NCBI GenBank assembly: GCA_003486385.1
Contig: DNFT01000032.1
Coordinates: 22,987 to 86,986 of the forward strand
Reading direction: 5' to 3'
Length of the DNA: 64,000 nt
Source: Eubacterium sp.
GTDB taxonomy: Bacteria > Bacillota > Clostridia > Lachnospirales > Lachnospiraceae
Below the pieces are notes generated by a model. That model was not told the DNA's origin, searched no databases, and saw nothing but the letters and a program-made list of their open reading frames with translations. Positions 48,568 to 58,900 of this stretch are shown one piece after another. The translations under genes and the position numbers were made by a program. Positions within the stretch are counted from its first letter, which is position 1; each line of letters begins with the position of its first letter.

Positions 48568-51474
48568 TTACGCCTGCTTCAGGTCAAACTGCAGAAGATA
48601 TTTCTCATAGTCTGCCATCGGCATAGGCTTTGAATAGTAATATCCCTGAATAATATCACATTCTATCTCTCTTAAAAACTCGACCTGCTCTTTTCGCTCA
48701 ACGCCCTCGCACACTACCCTTATGTCAAGTCCATGAGCCATCTGAACAATTTTCTCAATAATATAGCGGCTTCTCTTAGAATCATCCGTGCTTTCAAGAA
48801 ACTCCTTATCAATCTTCAGTTCATCAACAGCCATATCCTTTAGCAGGTTAAATGATGAATAACCGCTTCCGAAATCATCCATTGAGAAGCTGAAGCCAAG
48901 TGCCTTCATCTTGTTGATAAGCCCTACCATTGTTTTTGAATCCTCTATAAATGCACTCTCTGTAATTTCAAAAACAACCATGTTCATAGGAATGTTGTAT
49001 TTGTTTAACATATCCTGAAGCATGCTGAGATACATCCTGTCATTTACGTGAAGTCTCGACTGGTTGACATTGACCGGAAATACAGGAAGACCTTCATCCA
49101 TGCGTCTTCTTAACATTCTGCATACCTGCTCAAGGACAAAGAAATCAACCTCCGTGACAAATCCGTTCTTCTCAAAAAGAGGAATGAAATCTCCCGGCGC
49201 GATAAATCCCTTCTCAGGCGAAATCCATCTTACAAGAGCCTCACAGCCAACCGGAATCTCAGAATTGATGTCAACCTTAGGCTGAAGATAGACTGTAAAC
49301 TCATTATTTTCAAGAGCTTTTTTCATGCTCGCGGTCATTTCCTGATTTTTAATAAATTCTGCGTTCATCGCTTCATCATAAAGCATGATAGGTGTCTTGG
49401 CATCATCCCTTGCTCTCTTTTCCGCAATAGAAGCCTTATCAACCATATCTCTTACGCTTCCGGCTTCATTTTCTGCAAGGTATACACCACAGGTACTCTT
49501 TACAATAACCGAATCAGCAAAGCCTGAAATATTGATTTCTATGTTAGAAATATAAGTTTCAAAATTATACTTCAAAGTCTCATAATCAATATAAGGTGTT
49601 AAAAATACGAATCTGTCCGCCAGCACTCTTGCATATATACCATCGGGCTGCATCATATCATCAAGCATCCGGCTCATAAATTTAAGTACAAGGTCTCCTT
49701 GTTCTCTTCCATAAAAATCGTTTATGTATTTAAAATTCTCGATATTTATATAGCCAATAGCATATTTTCCCTCGTCAAACTTAATTTTTTCAGTCTCTTT
49801 ATAAAACTTAAACTGGTTCCACCCTCCTGTCACATTGTCTGTATATGCAAGCTTTTCAAAAACCTCTGTTTTTTTTCTTTTAGTAGTGATGACTAATGTG
49901 GTTATTGTGACTATCAGTACAGCAAGAACCAGACATATCTGAAGCCGGAACCTTACAATAATATTGACAAATGGATTGCTTCTTTCTTCAGAAAATAATA
50001 CACCGTTTATAATCCTGTTTTTTGACAGCTCAGGAGATATTGCAGCAATCGCCTTATTGATTATGCTGTTAAGCGAGACTTTATCATAACTCATACCTGT
50101 CATGGCGCCCAGCGGTATATACTCATCCTTATATGTGGCCTCAAGCATGGAATATGTAGGTTTATCCGAATAAATCATCCACGAATAGCTATTGATATAT
50201 GCCGCATCAACCTCTCCGTTCTTGACCGCATCCAGACAGGCAACAACATTGTCATAATTTGTAAATTGTAAATCCTGCGAATATGTCTGACCGCTGACTG
50301 CAAAGATTGATGTCATGCCGACGGTCTTAGTCTTACTCTTCAAATCAAGCTTAACCTCATATACCGGCACCTGAAGATACCAGTCCGTTATACTTAGCGA
50401 GTTCTTCCTTGCCCACTCACGGTAATAAGGAACAAGTGCAATCATATCAAGCTTACCATCAAGCAGATCCTGTTTGCATTTGCCTGAATCGGCATATTCA
50501 TGATACATGAAGCTGAACCCGGTATACTCAGAAAAATAATCAAAAAATCTTCTGGAAATCCCACCGAATCTTCCCTCATCATCCGTATACTGCAATGGAT
50601 ATGAATTTTTTAAATACCCGACATGTATAATCGGGTGGTCAATAACATACTCATGTTCCTCCCGCGTAAGAGCGACATAGCTTGCCTTGCTCTGCCAGTA
50701 CTCGGCATCATAAAGACTCTGTATGTATGTGTTGTTCTGCATATTATAACAGGTTATAGTGTTATCCAGTTCATCTATAATCGGCTGCATATTTGAAGCA
50801 CCGACAAAATAGAACTCGTGTTTACCGAACGTAGCGACATTTTTTACATTCTCATCTACATAAGTTAAGGTACCTGATACAGCAGCATCAATTATTCCAT
50901 ACTCTACATCTGCAAGCATCTTATTCTCATCATCATAGTATCTTCCCGCATAACTGAACCCATTCTGAGCCGCATATTCATCAAGCTCCTCCTCCGTCGT
51001 TGAATAGCGGTACATACCTATTGTCAAGCCATTGAACTTCTCAAATTCTTCAAAATATATATCTGCATCCTCTTCCACATAGAGGACATTATTTTCCCAA
51101 AAAACAGCTGCCTTAGAAATGCTGTACCCTGAGTATGATTTCAAATCCTCACATGTCAATATCAAATCACATTCAGAAGGAATCACCTCCTCCGGTCTCA
51201 GACCTTTATCAATAAGCAGCACATCAATATTATAGCCGGCATCTGAGCCGAGCTGTGCAAGGTAATCTATGGCATAGCCTGTAAGGCTTCCGTCAGAATT
51301 ACTCTCGGCAAAGCCCTCCTGTTCGCACACACCTATGGTTATCTTTTTAAGAGTTTCACTGTTCTCGTCAGCTGCAAACACTGTTGCAGCATTTAAAAAA
51401 AACATCACAAATATTGTTAGTAAAGCAATCCGTCTCTTCTTCAATGTATCATACCACCCAAACATAAAAATCAA
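48568..51474 (-). CDS. Membrane signalling protein: two periplasmic solute-binding (SBP_bac_3-like) domains, a TM segment, a degenerate GGDEF domain, and an EAL domain
   Basis: Signal peptide, a TM at about residue 510, a GGDEF fold in which ADRFV replaces GGDEF, and an intact EALVRW EAL motif. Confidence 0.8.
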   Translation of the reverse strand: MIFMFGWYDTLKKRRIALLTIFVMFFLNAATVFAADENSETLKKITIGVCEQEGFAESNSDGSLTGYAIDYLAQLGSDAGYNIDVLLIDKGLRPEEVIPSECDLILTCEDLKSYSGYSISKAAVFWENNVLYVEEDADIYFEEFEKFNGLTIGMYRYSTTEEELDEYAAQNGFSYAGRYYDDENKMLADVEYGIIDAAVSGTLTYVDENVKNVATFGKHEFYFVGASNMQPIIDELDNTITCYNMQNNTYIQSLYDAEYWQSKASYVALTREEHEYVIDHPIIHVGYLKNSYPLQYTDDEGRFGGISRRFFDYFSEYTGFSFMYHEYADSGKCKQDLLDGKLDMIALVPYYREWARKNSLSITDWYLQVPVYEVKLDLKSKTKTVGMTSIFAVSGQTYSQDLQFTNYDNVVACLDAVKNGEVDAAYINSYSWMIYSDKPTYSMLEATYKDEYIPLGAMTGMSYDKVSLNSIINKAIAAISPELSKNRIINGVLFSEERSNPFVNIIVRFRLQICLVLAVLIVTITTLVITTKRKKTEVFEKLAYTDNVTGGWNQFKFYKETEKIKFDEGKYAIGYINIENFKYINDFYGREQGDLVLKFMSRMLDDMMQPDGIYARVLADRFVFLTPYIDYETLKYNFETYISNIEINISGFADSVIVKSTCGVYLAENEAGSVRDMVDKASIAEKRARDDAKTPIMLYDEAMNAEFIKNQEMTASMKKALENNEFTVYLQPKVDINSEIPVGCEALVRWISPEKGFIAPGDFIPLFEKNGFVTEVDFFVLEQVCRMLRRRMDEGLPVFPVNVNQSRLHVNDRMYLSMLQDMLNKYNIPMNMVVFEITESAFIEDSKTMVGLINKMKALGFSFSMDDFGSGYSSFNLLKDMAVDELKIDKEFLESTDDSKRSRYIIEKIVQMAHGLDIRVVCEGVERKEQVEFLREIECDIIQGYYYSKPMPMADYEKYLLQFDLKQA

Positions 51475-51526
51475 TATAGCCGCCCCTGTGGCAGCACAGC
51501 CTCAGGGACAGCTTATATGCATGTTA

Positions 51527-52909
51527 TTACTTATTGCTTAAATAGTCATCAATTCCCTTAGCTGCCGCTTTTCCGGCTCCCATCGCAAGTATAACGGTGG
51601 CTGCACCTGTAACCGCATCGCCTCCGGCATATACTGCCTGCTTAGTTGTAAGACCATTCTCATCTGCAATTATACAACGGTGCTTATTAATATCAAGTCC
51701 TTCTGTCGTTGAAGATATCAACGGATTAGGAGAAGTACCGAGTGACATAATGACTGTGTCAAGCTCAAGCTCGAACTCTGAACCCGGTATCTCAACAGGT
51801 CTTCTTCTTCCCGAAGCATCCGGCTCGCCAAGCTCCATGCGGATACATCTCATTCCTCTTACATGTCCATTGTCGTCCACCAATATCTCTACCGGGTTAG
51901 TCAGAAGGTCAAATATAATGCCCTCCTGCTTAGCGTGATGAACCTCCTCCACTCTTGCCGGAAGCTCCTCCTCGCTTCTTCTATATACGATATGAACCTC
52001 TGCTCCAAGACGGAGTGCTGTACGTGCTGCATCCATTGCAACATTTCCACCGCCTACAACAGCTACCTTATGTCCTGCCGCAATCGGTGTATCATAGTCA
52101 TCAGAGAAAGCCTTCATAAGATTGCTTCTTGTGAGGTACTCGTTAGCTGAGAACACACCATTAGCATTCTCACCAGGTATTCCCATGAACTTCGGAAGTC
52201 CGGCTCCTGAGCCGATAAATACAGCATCAAAGCCTTCCTCATCTAAAAGCTCATCAATCGTAACTGATTTTCCAACAACAACATTCGTCTCAATCTTAAC
52301 GCCAAGCTTCTTCACATTCTCAATCTCAGCCTTAACTACAGTCTGCTTTGGAAGTCGGAACTCAGGTATACCATATACCAATACACCACCCGCTTCGTGA
52401 AGAGCTTCAAATATTGTGACATCATATCCAAGCTTCGCAAGATCTCCGGCACATGTAAGACCAGATGGACCTGAACCGATAACAGCTACTCTCTTGCCGT
52501 TAGGAGCTGCCGGAGCCTCAGGCTCCACATTATGCTCTCTTGCCCAGTCTGCAACAAATCTCTCAAGCTTACCTATAGATACCGGCTCACCCTTGAAACC
52601 TCTGATACACTTTCCCTCACACTGGCTCTCCTGTGGACATACTCGGCCGCACACAGCCGGAAGAGCCGATGACTTTCCTATAACCTTATAGGCTTCGGAA
52701 AAGTTGCCATTCTTAACCTCATTGATAAACTCAGGGATATGTATTGCTACAGGACAGCCCTTCATACACTGCGCATTTTTACAGTTAAGGCATCTTGAAG
52801 CCTCTTCCTTAGCCTCTTCCTCATTATATCCTAAACATACTTCTTCAAAATTCTTTGCTCTGACAGCAGGTTCCTGCTCTCTTACAGGTACTTTCTTCAA
52901 TACATCCAT
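51527..52909 (-). CDS. nfnB: NADH-dependent reduced ferredoxin:NADP+ oxidoreductase large subunit (GltD-like)
   Basis: Cys-rich N-terminal Fe-S region plus FAD/NAD(P)-binding GSGPSG; paired with a PyrK-like small subunit. Confidence 0.8.
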   Translation of the reverse strand: MDVLKKVPVREQEPAVRAKNFEEVCLGYNEEEAKEEASRCLNCKNAQCMKGCPVAIHIPEFINEVKNGNFSEAYKVIGKSSALPAVCGRVCPQESQCEGKCIRGFKGEPVSIGKLERFVADWAREHNVEPEAPAAPNGKRVAVIGSGPSGLTCAGDLAKLGYDVTIFEALHEAGGVLVYGIPEFRLPKQTVVKAEIENVKKLGVKIETNVVVGKSVTIDELLDEEGFDAVFIGSGAGLPKFMGIPGENANGVFSANEYLTRSNLMKAFSDDYDTPIAAGHKVAVVGGGNVAMDAARTALRLGAEVHIVYRRSEEELPARVEEVHHAKQEGIIFDLLTNPVEILVDDNGHVRGMRCIRMELGEPDASGRRRPVEIPGSEFELELDTVIMSLGTSPNPLISSTTEGLDINKHRCIIADENGLTTKQAVYAGGDAVTGAATVILAMGAGKAAAKGIDDYLSNK

Positions 52910-52910
52910 C

Positions 52911-53798
52911 CTAGTTACCTCCACACTGGCCGCATCCACCGTGATGTGTAGCGCCTTCCTTTAATTTGAGCATTGCCCTGCCCTCTTCTGTCTTATACAT
53001 CTGCTGTCTCTTCATCGCCTCATCAAAGTTGACAAGATGTCCGTCAAACTCAGGTCCGTCAACACATGCAAACTTAACCTCACCGCCAACGCTTACACGG
53101 CATGCCCCACACATACCTGTACCGTCAACCATAATAGGATTAAGACTCACAACAGTCCTGATTCCAAGCTCCTTGGTAAGAAGAGCCACGAACTTCATCA
53201 TAATCATAGGTCCTATCGCAACACAGACATCATACGTCTTATGCTCATCATTGACAAGTGACTTGATAACCTCTGTAACCATACCCTTGCGTCCATAGCT
53301 TCCATCATCAGTAGTGATATAAAGATTTCCCGCTACAGCCTTCATCTCATCTTCAAGAATGAGAAGCTCTTTATTCTTGGCACCGACAATGACATCTGCA
53401 GCAATGCCATTTTCATGGAGCCATTTCACCTGTGGATATACCGGTGCGGTACCAACACCACCTGCCACAAAGAGAATCCTCTTGTTCTTAAGCTCCGACA
53501 AATCCTCCTTGACAAGCTCAGAAGGCATTCCAAGAGGACCTGTGAAATCCCTGAAGGAATCTCCCGCCTTCAAATGTGACATTCTTTCTGTGGAAGCTCC
53601 AACTATCTGGAATACTATAGTTATTGTTCCCTCCTCGCGATTATAATCGCAGATTGTAAGAGGAATTCTCTCTCCATGTTCATCCATCTTAACGATGACA
53701 AACTGCCCCGGCATACATCTCTTAGCAACCCAAGGGGCTTTCACATCCATAAGGAATATTTTGTCAGCAAGCTGTCTTGCCTTTGTTATTGCATACAT
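52911..53798 (-). CDS. nfnA: NfnA / sulfide-dehydrogenase alpha-type subunit (PyrK-like ferredoxin-NADP reductase fold)
   Basis: FAD/NAD-binding domain plus C-terminal [2Fe-2S] cysteines (CGACRV). Confidence 0.8.
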   Translation of the reverse strand: MYAITKARQLADKIFLMDVKAPWVAKRCMPGQFVIVKMDEHGERIPLTICDYNREEGTITIVFQIVGASTERMSHLKAGDSFRDFTGPLGMPSELVKEDLSELKNKRILFVAGGVGTAPVYPQVKWLHENGIAADVIVGAKNKELLILEDEMKAVAGNLYITTDDGSYGRKGMVTEVIKSLVNDEHKTYDVCVAIGPMIMMKFVALLTKELGIRTVVSLNPIMVDGTGMCGACRVSVGGEVKFACVDGPEFDGHLVNFDEAMKRQQMYKTEEGRAMLKLKEGATHHGGCGQCGGN

Positions 53799-53889
53799 AG
53801 CATACCTCCTAATTCTTCATTACTTTATTTTAATATATTAAAGCGGAAAAGACAACTAATTAATTATTTTTTCTAAAAAACTTATATAA

Positions 53890-53937
53890 TTTAAAAATGG
53901 GACGTCTGAGGCTGCAAAGCACACCTCAGATGTCCCA
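53890..53937 (-). terminator. Intrinsic terminator after the TPR gene (13-bp stem GGGACGTCTGAGG / CCTCAGATGTCCC followed by a U-run on the minus strand)
   Basis: Inverted repeat with one G-U pair, followed by AAAAA on the plus strand. Confidence 0.55.
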
Positions 53938-53992
53938 ATCCTTCGGATATAAATGTCTGTAAAATCATACATTGTTTATGCAATTAAATTTT

Positions 53993-55546
53993 CTAATATA
54001 TGACTTCATCCAATGTATACACACCATTATTTTCATATACCGTGTAAACGTACGAAGACTCACTATCAACACCCATCTGGTAATTAGCCTTCATATCCCC
54101 CTGCTCTGTTGTGACATATATATCAAATACCCATATAGAGCTTCCTGATATATTTTTCTTCTCATCAAGCACAAGCTTAACCGGTTCACCATCTGATGAA
54201 AGATGCTCAGAATTCACCATATTTTTATGTTCCATTGCCTGCCACAATATTTCAAGTGCACGTTCCTGCGAAACTTTATCCTCAAGCTTTAAAACGTAGT
54301 TGCGCTTTACCACGGAGCTTTTCTGTCCATTCTTATTATATGTCACAACCGAGAGTACATTGTTGCCTGATGGCATTTCAAAAGGTCCTGTGTACAGAGT
54401 CGACTTGTTGGTAGGAGTTGTATTATCAAGTGTATAATACGCCTTTCCACCTGCCGGAATATTACCAATGACAATAAGCTGCTCCGTCTCATAGTTACCG
54501 CTTCTTGGACTGATTGTAGGTGCATCAGGTGCTTTATACTCGACCTTATATTCTGCTGATGCTACACTGCTTGCGATATTATACTGATTAACCGCAATAC
54601 ACTGCAGCTTGGTTGTCCCCTCGGTTATCTCTAGCTTGTTCTTATATAGAGCACTATTAATTGTAGGTTCACTTCCATCAACCGTATAATAAATGTCATA
54701 GCCATAATCCGAGGTAAGCTTAACCTCCAAATCAGTTGTATATTCTCCGCTCTCGACGCTTACCGCAGGAGCCTCAACATAATACTTCGCAACCGCATCG
54801 GCAGCCTGTGTATCCTTATATTTGTTGTACAGCTCGACAAGTGCCTCTGTAACCCCTGCCTTTTCATAATAATTTTCAAGATAAACTATTGCCTCGAGAT
54901 TATACTGATCCACCTGCAAAATGTTATAAAGCATGCTTATAGCTTTTTCTGTGTCGCCGGTAGCTGCATAGCAGTCATAGAGGCTGAATCTTAAGTTAAC
55001 CTTGCCGGCTGCTTCAGGAAATGTGAGTGCCTTTTCAAGGTAAGGTATTGCCTCAGCGTTTTTTCCATTCTGAATATAAGCAATACCTGTATTATTGTAA
55101 TAAGCAAAATTATTCTGAGCTTTCTTTAAAACAGAATTGATTGTAAAGAAAGCAAGCCCTATCAAAGCTGCAACACAGACTATAACAACACACACTATAG
55201 CAGCAATTTTACCACCATTATTCTTTTTCTTTTTGACCGGTTTTTTCGTTGAAGCACTTTTCTGAACCGGCTGTGTCCGTTGTCTGTCTGAACTTCGCTG
55301 TGATACTCCTAACACATCTGTTTTATTCTTAGATTCCGCATTTTTCTTATCTAAATTACCCTGCATCTGCTTTACATATACCTGTGCATCCTCAGTCTCA
55401 TTCTCAACAATCTTGGCGATTGACTGTGCAAGCTGCTCCTCAAGTTCAATATCCTCAGCCTTCTTTTTTGCAACCGGCTTACCGCAGACATCACATATTC
55501 TCTGGTTACTGTTCAATGTATGACCGCAATTTTCACAACGTATCAT
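53993..55546 (-). CDS. Zinc-ribbon / TM / TPR-repeat protein with C-terminal beta-rich extracellular domains
   Basis: N-terminal CxxC...CxxC, a K-rich linker, a TM segment, TPR-like helices (AIPYLEKAL.., AISMLYNIL..), then Ig-like repeats. Start at MIRCEN (GGAGG 8 nt upstream). Confidence 0.6.
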   Translation of the reverse strand: MIRCENCGHTLNSNQRICDVCGKPVAKKKAEDIELEEQLAQSIAKIVENETEDAQVYVKQMQGNLDKKNAESKNKTDVLGVSQRSSDRQRTQPVQKSASTKKPVKKKKNNGGKIAAIVCVVIVCVAALIGLAFFTINSVLKKAQNNFAYYNNTGIAYIQNGKNAEAIPYLEKALTFPEAAGKVNLRFSLYDCYAATGDTEKAISMLYNILQVDQYNLEAIVYLENYYEKAGVTEALVELYNKYKDTQAADAVAKYYVEAPAVSVESGEYTTDLEVKLTSDYGYDIYYTVDGSEPTINSALYKNKLEITEGTTKLQCIAVNQYNIASSVASAEYKVEYKAPDAPTISPRSGNYETEQLIVIGNIPAGGKAYYTLDNTTPTNKSTLYTGPFEMPSGNNVLSVVTYNKNGQKSSVVKRNYVLKLEDKVSQERALEILWQAMEHKNMVNSEHLSSDGEPVKLVLDEKKNISGSSIWVFDIYVTTEQGDMKANYQMGVDSESSYVYTVYENNGVYTLDEVIY

Positions 55547-55821
55547 AACCAATCCTCCATAAATCAAATTATAACATCTATTACTCCCTTAAAAAGCTCA
55601 CTACTTTAATCTTGACTAATATAGCATAATTTATTTTAAAATTCAACTGATTGATTTAAATGTAATTATTTTGTTACATTTTGCATATTAATTCATTTTC
55701 TTTTTATAATTTTTTCCCTATTATTTTACTTGTTATACACAAATACGTCACAACATATATTTATAATAATATTCGGATAGCAAAGTTAATGCTTTCTATC
55801 TCCCCCCTCATATTTAAAAAC

Positions 55822-55931
55822 CAGAAGCCCCGGTCTAATCCCCCGGGGCTTCTAGTTTTTATTATATGCTTTTGCAATAAATAAAATACCCTATAGCAGA
55901 TACTAAGCTCTATCTGCTATAGGGTATTTTT
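55822..55931. terminator. Two tandem bidirectional terminator hairpins (55822-55862 and 55888-55931) downstream of the large surface-protein gene
   Basis: AGAAGCCCCGG...CCGGGGCTTCT followed by TTTTT; ACCCTATAGCAGATA...TATCTGCTATAGGGT followed by ATTTTT. Confidence 0.55.
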
Positions 55932-55942
55932 ATCTTAACATA

Positions 55943-58900
55943 TTAAGGCTTTTCGTTAGTCTTATTTATAAATTTACCCGGATCAATTGAGCGGACAATG
56001 ACGTTACATGTAACCGTCTTTCCATCCACGGTCGCCGTAATTGTACATTCTCCAGGCATACGTGCTGTCACAATACCTCTCTGTGTTACAGTAGCAATTC
56101 TAGGATTGCTGCTTCGCCATGATACAGCCGCCGTAGAAGGTGCACCATCAACATACAGATTAAATGTATCGTATTGTTCAAGTGTAGTCGATGACTTGCT
56201 TATAGCCATAGAATAAACCATACATGTATCCTGTATCGTTCCATACGTTGTATATGCCGTAACCTGACAGCTGCCAGGTCCAACTGTTGTAATCTGACCA
56301 TTGCTGTCAACAACTACTACTGACGTATCCGATGAAACCCATTTAACTGTCTCTGTTGAATTGATTGGGAATAATCTTGCTGTTAAGGTTCTCACCTTAC
56401 CTGTAAGCATCAAAATCTCATGTGAATTGATTGTGACCGAGGTTGCGCTTACTATCTGTTTAACTATGATTGTACATTCTGCCACAACATTATTTCCATC
56501 GGTTGATGTTGCATATACCTTACATCGTCCTACTCCGACAGCCTCAACATCTCCATCATCATATACTTTTGCAACGGTAGGATCCGATGATGTCCACTCA
56601 AGCTTCTTAACCGAAGCATCAGCCGGTTCGACAGTTGCTACAAGGTGGAATACATCACCCACATACAATGTTATCTTAGATTTAGACAGTTTAATATCAG
56701 TTACCGGTCTGATAACCTGAACTATACATGAAGCACTTACTCCACTTCCATCCGCCGCTGTTGCAGTAACAACCGCAGTGCCATATCCAACGCCTGTCAT
56801 GGTTCCGTACTGATTAACAGTAAGTACCGATTCATTGCTCGAGGTCCAGATGATTCCCTTATCCGAAGCACTCTCCGGTTCTACTTTTGCACTCAATGTA
56901 TATGAAGAACCATGGTTTAAGTAACGCTTTTCATCGGACAATGTGATGGAGGTTACATATTCCTTAACTGCAATCACACACTTCTGTGAGAAGCTTCCTT
57001 CCTCAGTTGTTACAACGATTTCACATATACCACCCTTAACTGCAGTGATAACACCCTTTTCGTCAACTGTTGCTATATCGTTATCACTTGACCAGAAAGT
57101 TACTTTCTTATTAGATGCCGTTGAAGGCTCTACTATAGGAAGAAGTACAAACTTCGTACCCTTTACCATATTCTGATAATAAGTATTAAGCGAAAGACCT
57201 GTGAGCGGCTCCAGTACAACAACCGTACAGGATGCTGCAACCTTGGACGCCGGGTTAGTTGCCGTAATAATACACTGGCCAACTCCTATGGTTGATACCT
57301 TACCATCACTTGAAACAGTCGCAATAGCCGAATCGCTCGTTGACCAGGCTATTGTCTTATCATCTGCTGTATCCGGGATAACAGAGGCATTAAGATAAAA
57401 TTCCGTTCCCTTTCTGACCGTCATTTCTGAATTGCTCAGCGTTATTCCTGTTACAGGCTGAAGAACTCTGACATTACAGTATGCCATAAATCCACCATCA
57501 TTGGTTTCGGCGAAAATAGTTGCACTACCGCTTCCTACTGCGGTAAGGAGATTCTCATAGCTTGTAGAGTTCTCTACAGAAACTACCGATGGATTAGAGG
57601 ATGTCCAAACCATAGTCTTATCATAGGCATTGTCCGGATTAACCGTAGCCGTAAGTCTGTAAGTATCACCTACGTTAAATGTAAGCTGTGTCTTATCAAG
57701 CTTGATTCCATATACATCCTGTGCAACCTCAATATGACAATAAGCTGTTATGCTTGGGTCAACTTCTGATGTAGCACATATCTCTGTCGAACCAGGAGCA
57801 ACCAAGGTTACAAGACCTGTGTTACGGTCTACCGTCACGACATCAGTATTAAGTGATGTCCAGATAATTGACTGCTCACAGCCATCTGTTGCCGAATGGA
57901 CATAACCTGTAAGCTGATATTGCTTCTGAGACATCGCAACAACTACATTAGTATCTGAAAGCTCAATAGATGTAGGTCTCTCTGTTATAAAAATATCAAG
58001 GTTTACAATCTGGCTGTTATCCTTAGAGTAAACAGTAAGTGTTGTATTACCAAGTCCCTGTGCGGTAACATCGCATGACTGATGTACGCCGGTGGTTATC
58101 ACAGGATTCAGTGAGATAAGTGACTGTGCCTGCGCTGAACCTGAAGCTTCCCAGATAAGTTCCGTGTTATCCGGTACATTATTGTCACTGTACTGTAAAT
58201 CTGCATATATGGTCAATGTCTGACCAAGGTACATCGTAAGATGTGATTTACCATTCTGAGGCTCGCTAAGTGTGATTCCATCTACGGGAATTGTTACCGT
58301 CAAGTCCATTGAAGCAACCTTGACAACTCCGTTAACCGTCTGGTATGCATAAATCTTTGTCTTACCTTTACTGATACCGGTGATGGTCACATCCAATGCT
58401 GATTCAAACGAGGAATCATCCCACTCAACAGTAGCTATACTCTCATCTGCACTCTTCCATGTTACATTGGAAACCTTAGTTGTATCAGTGCTTGTCGGAA
58501 TAGCCGATATCTGTGTTTTTGCTCCGACATTAATAGAAGCCTCCGACTTCGACAGCATGAGCTTATCAATAACCTGAATCTTGGCATAAACCGTCTCAGT
58601 CTTTACCGTAACACCGTTCTCGACTCGCTCAATTACAACCTTAATGATTGCCGTACCTTCCTTAACAGCCTCATAAAGACCTGTTCCAATCTGGTTAACC
58701 GCACCCTCATTGTTGTATTCATAGGAGTATGTAACATTGCTGTCAAATGCCGTTGTATATAGTGGAATATTATCACCTATGCTTACAAGTATATTTTCTG
58801 AAAACTTAAGTCCGTAAGGAACCTCTACTTCTATTCCGGAAGCATACTCTGTCTTAAGCGAACCATCTGTGTTATAGCTCTCATTCATTGGCTTACAGCT

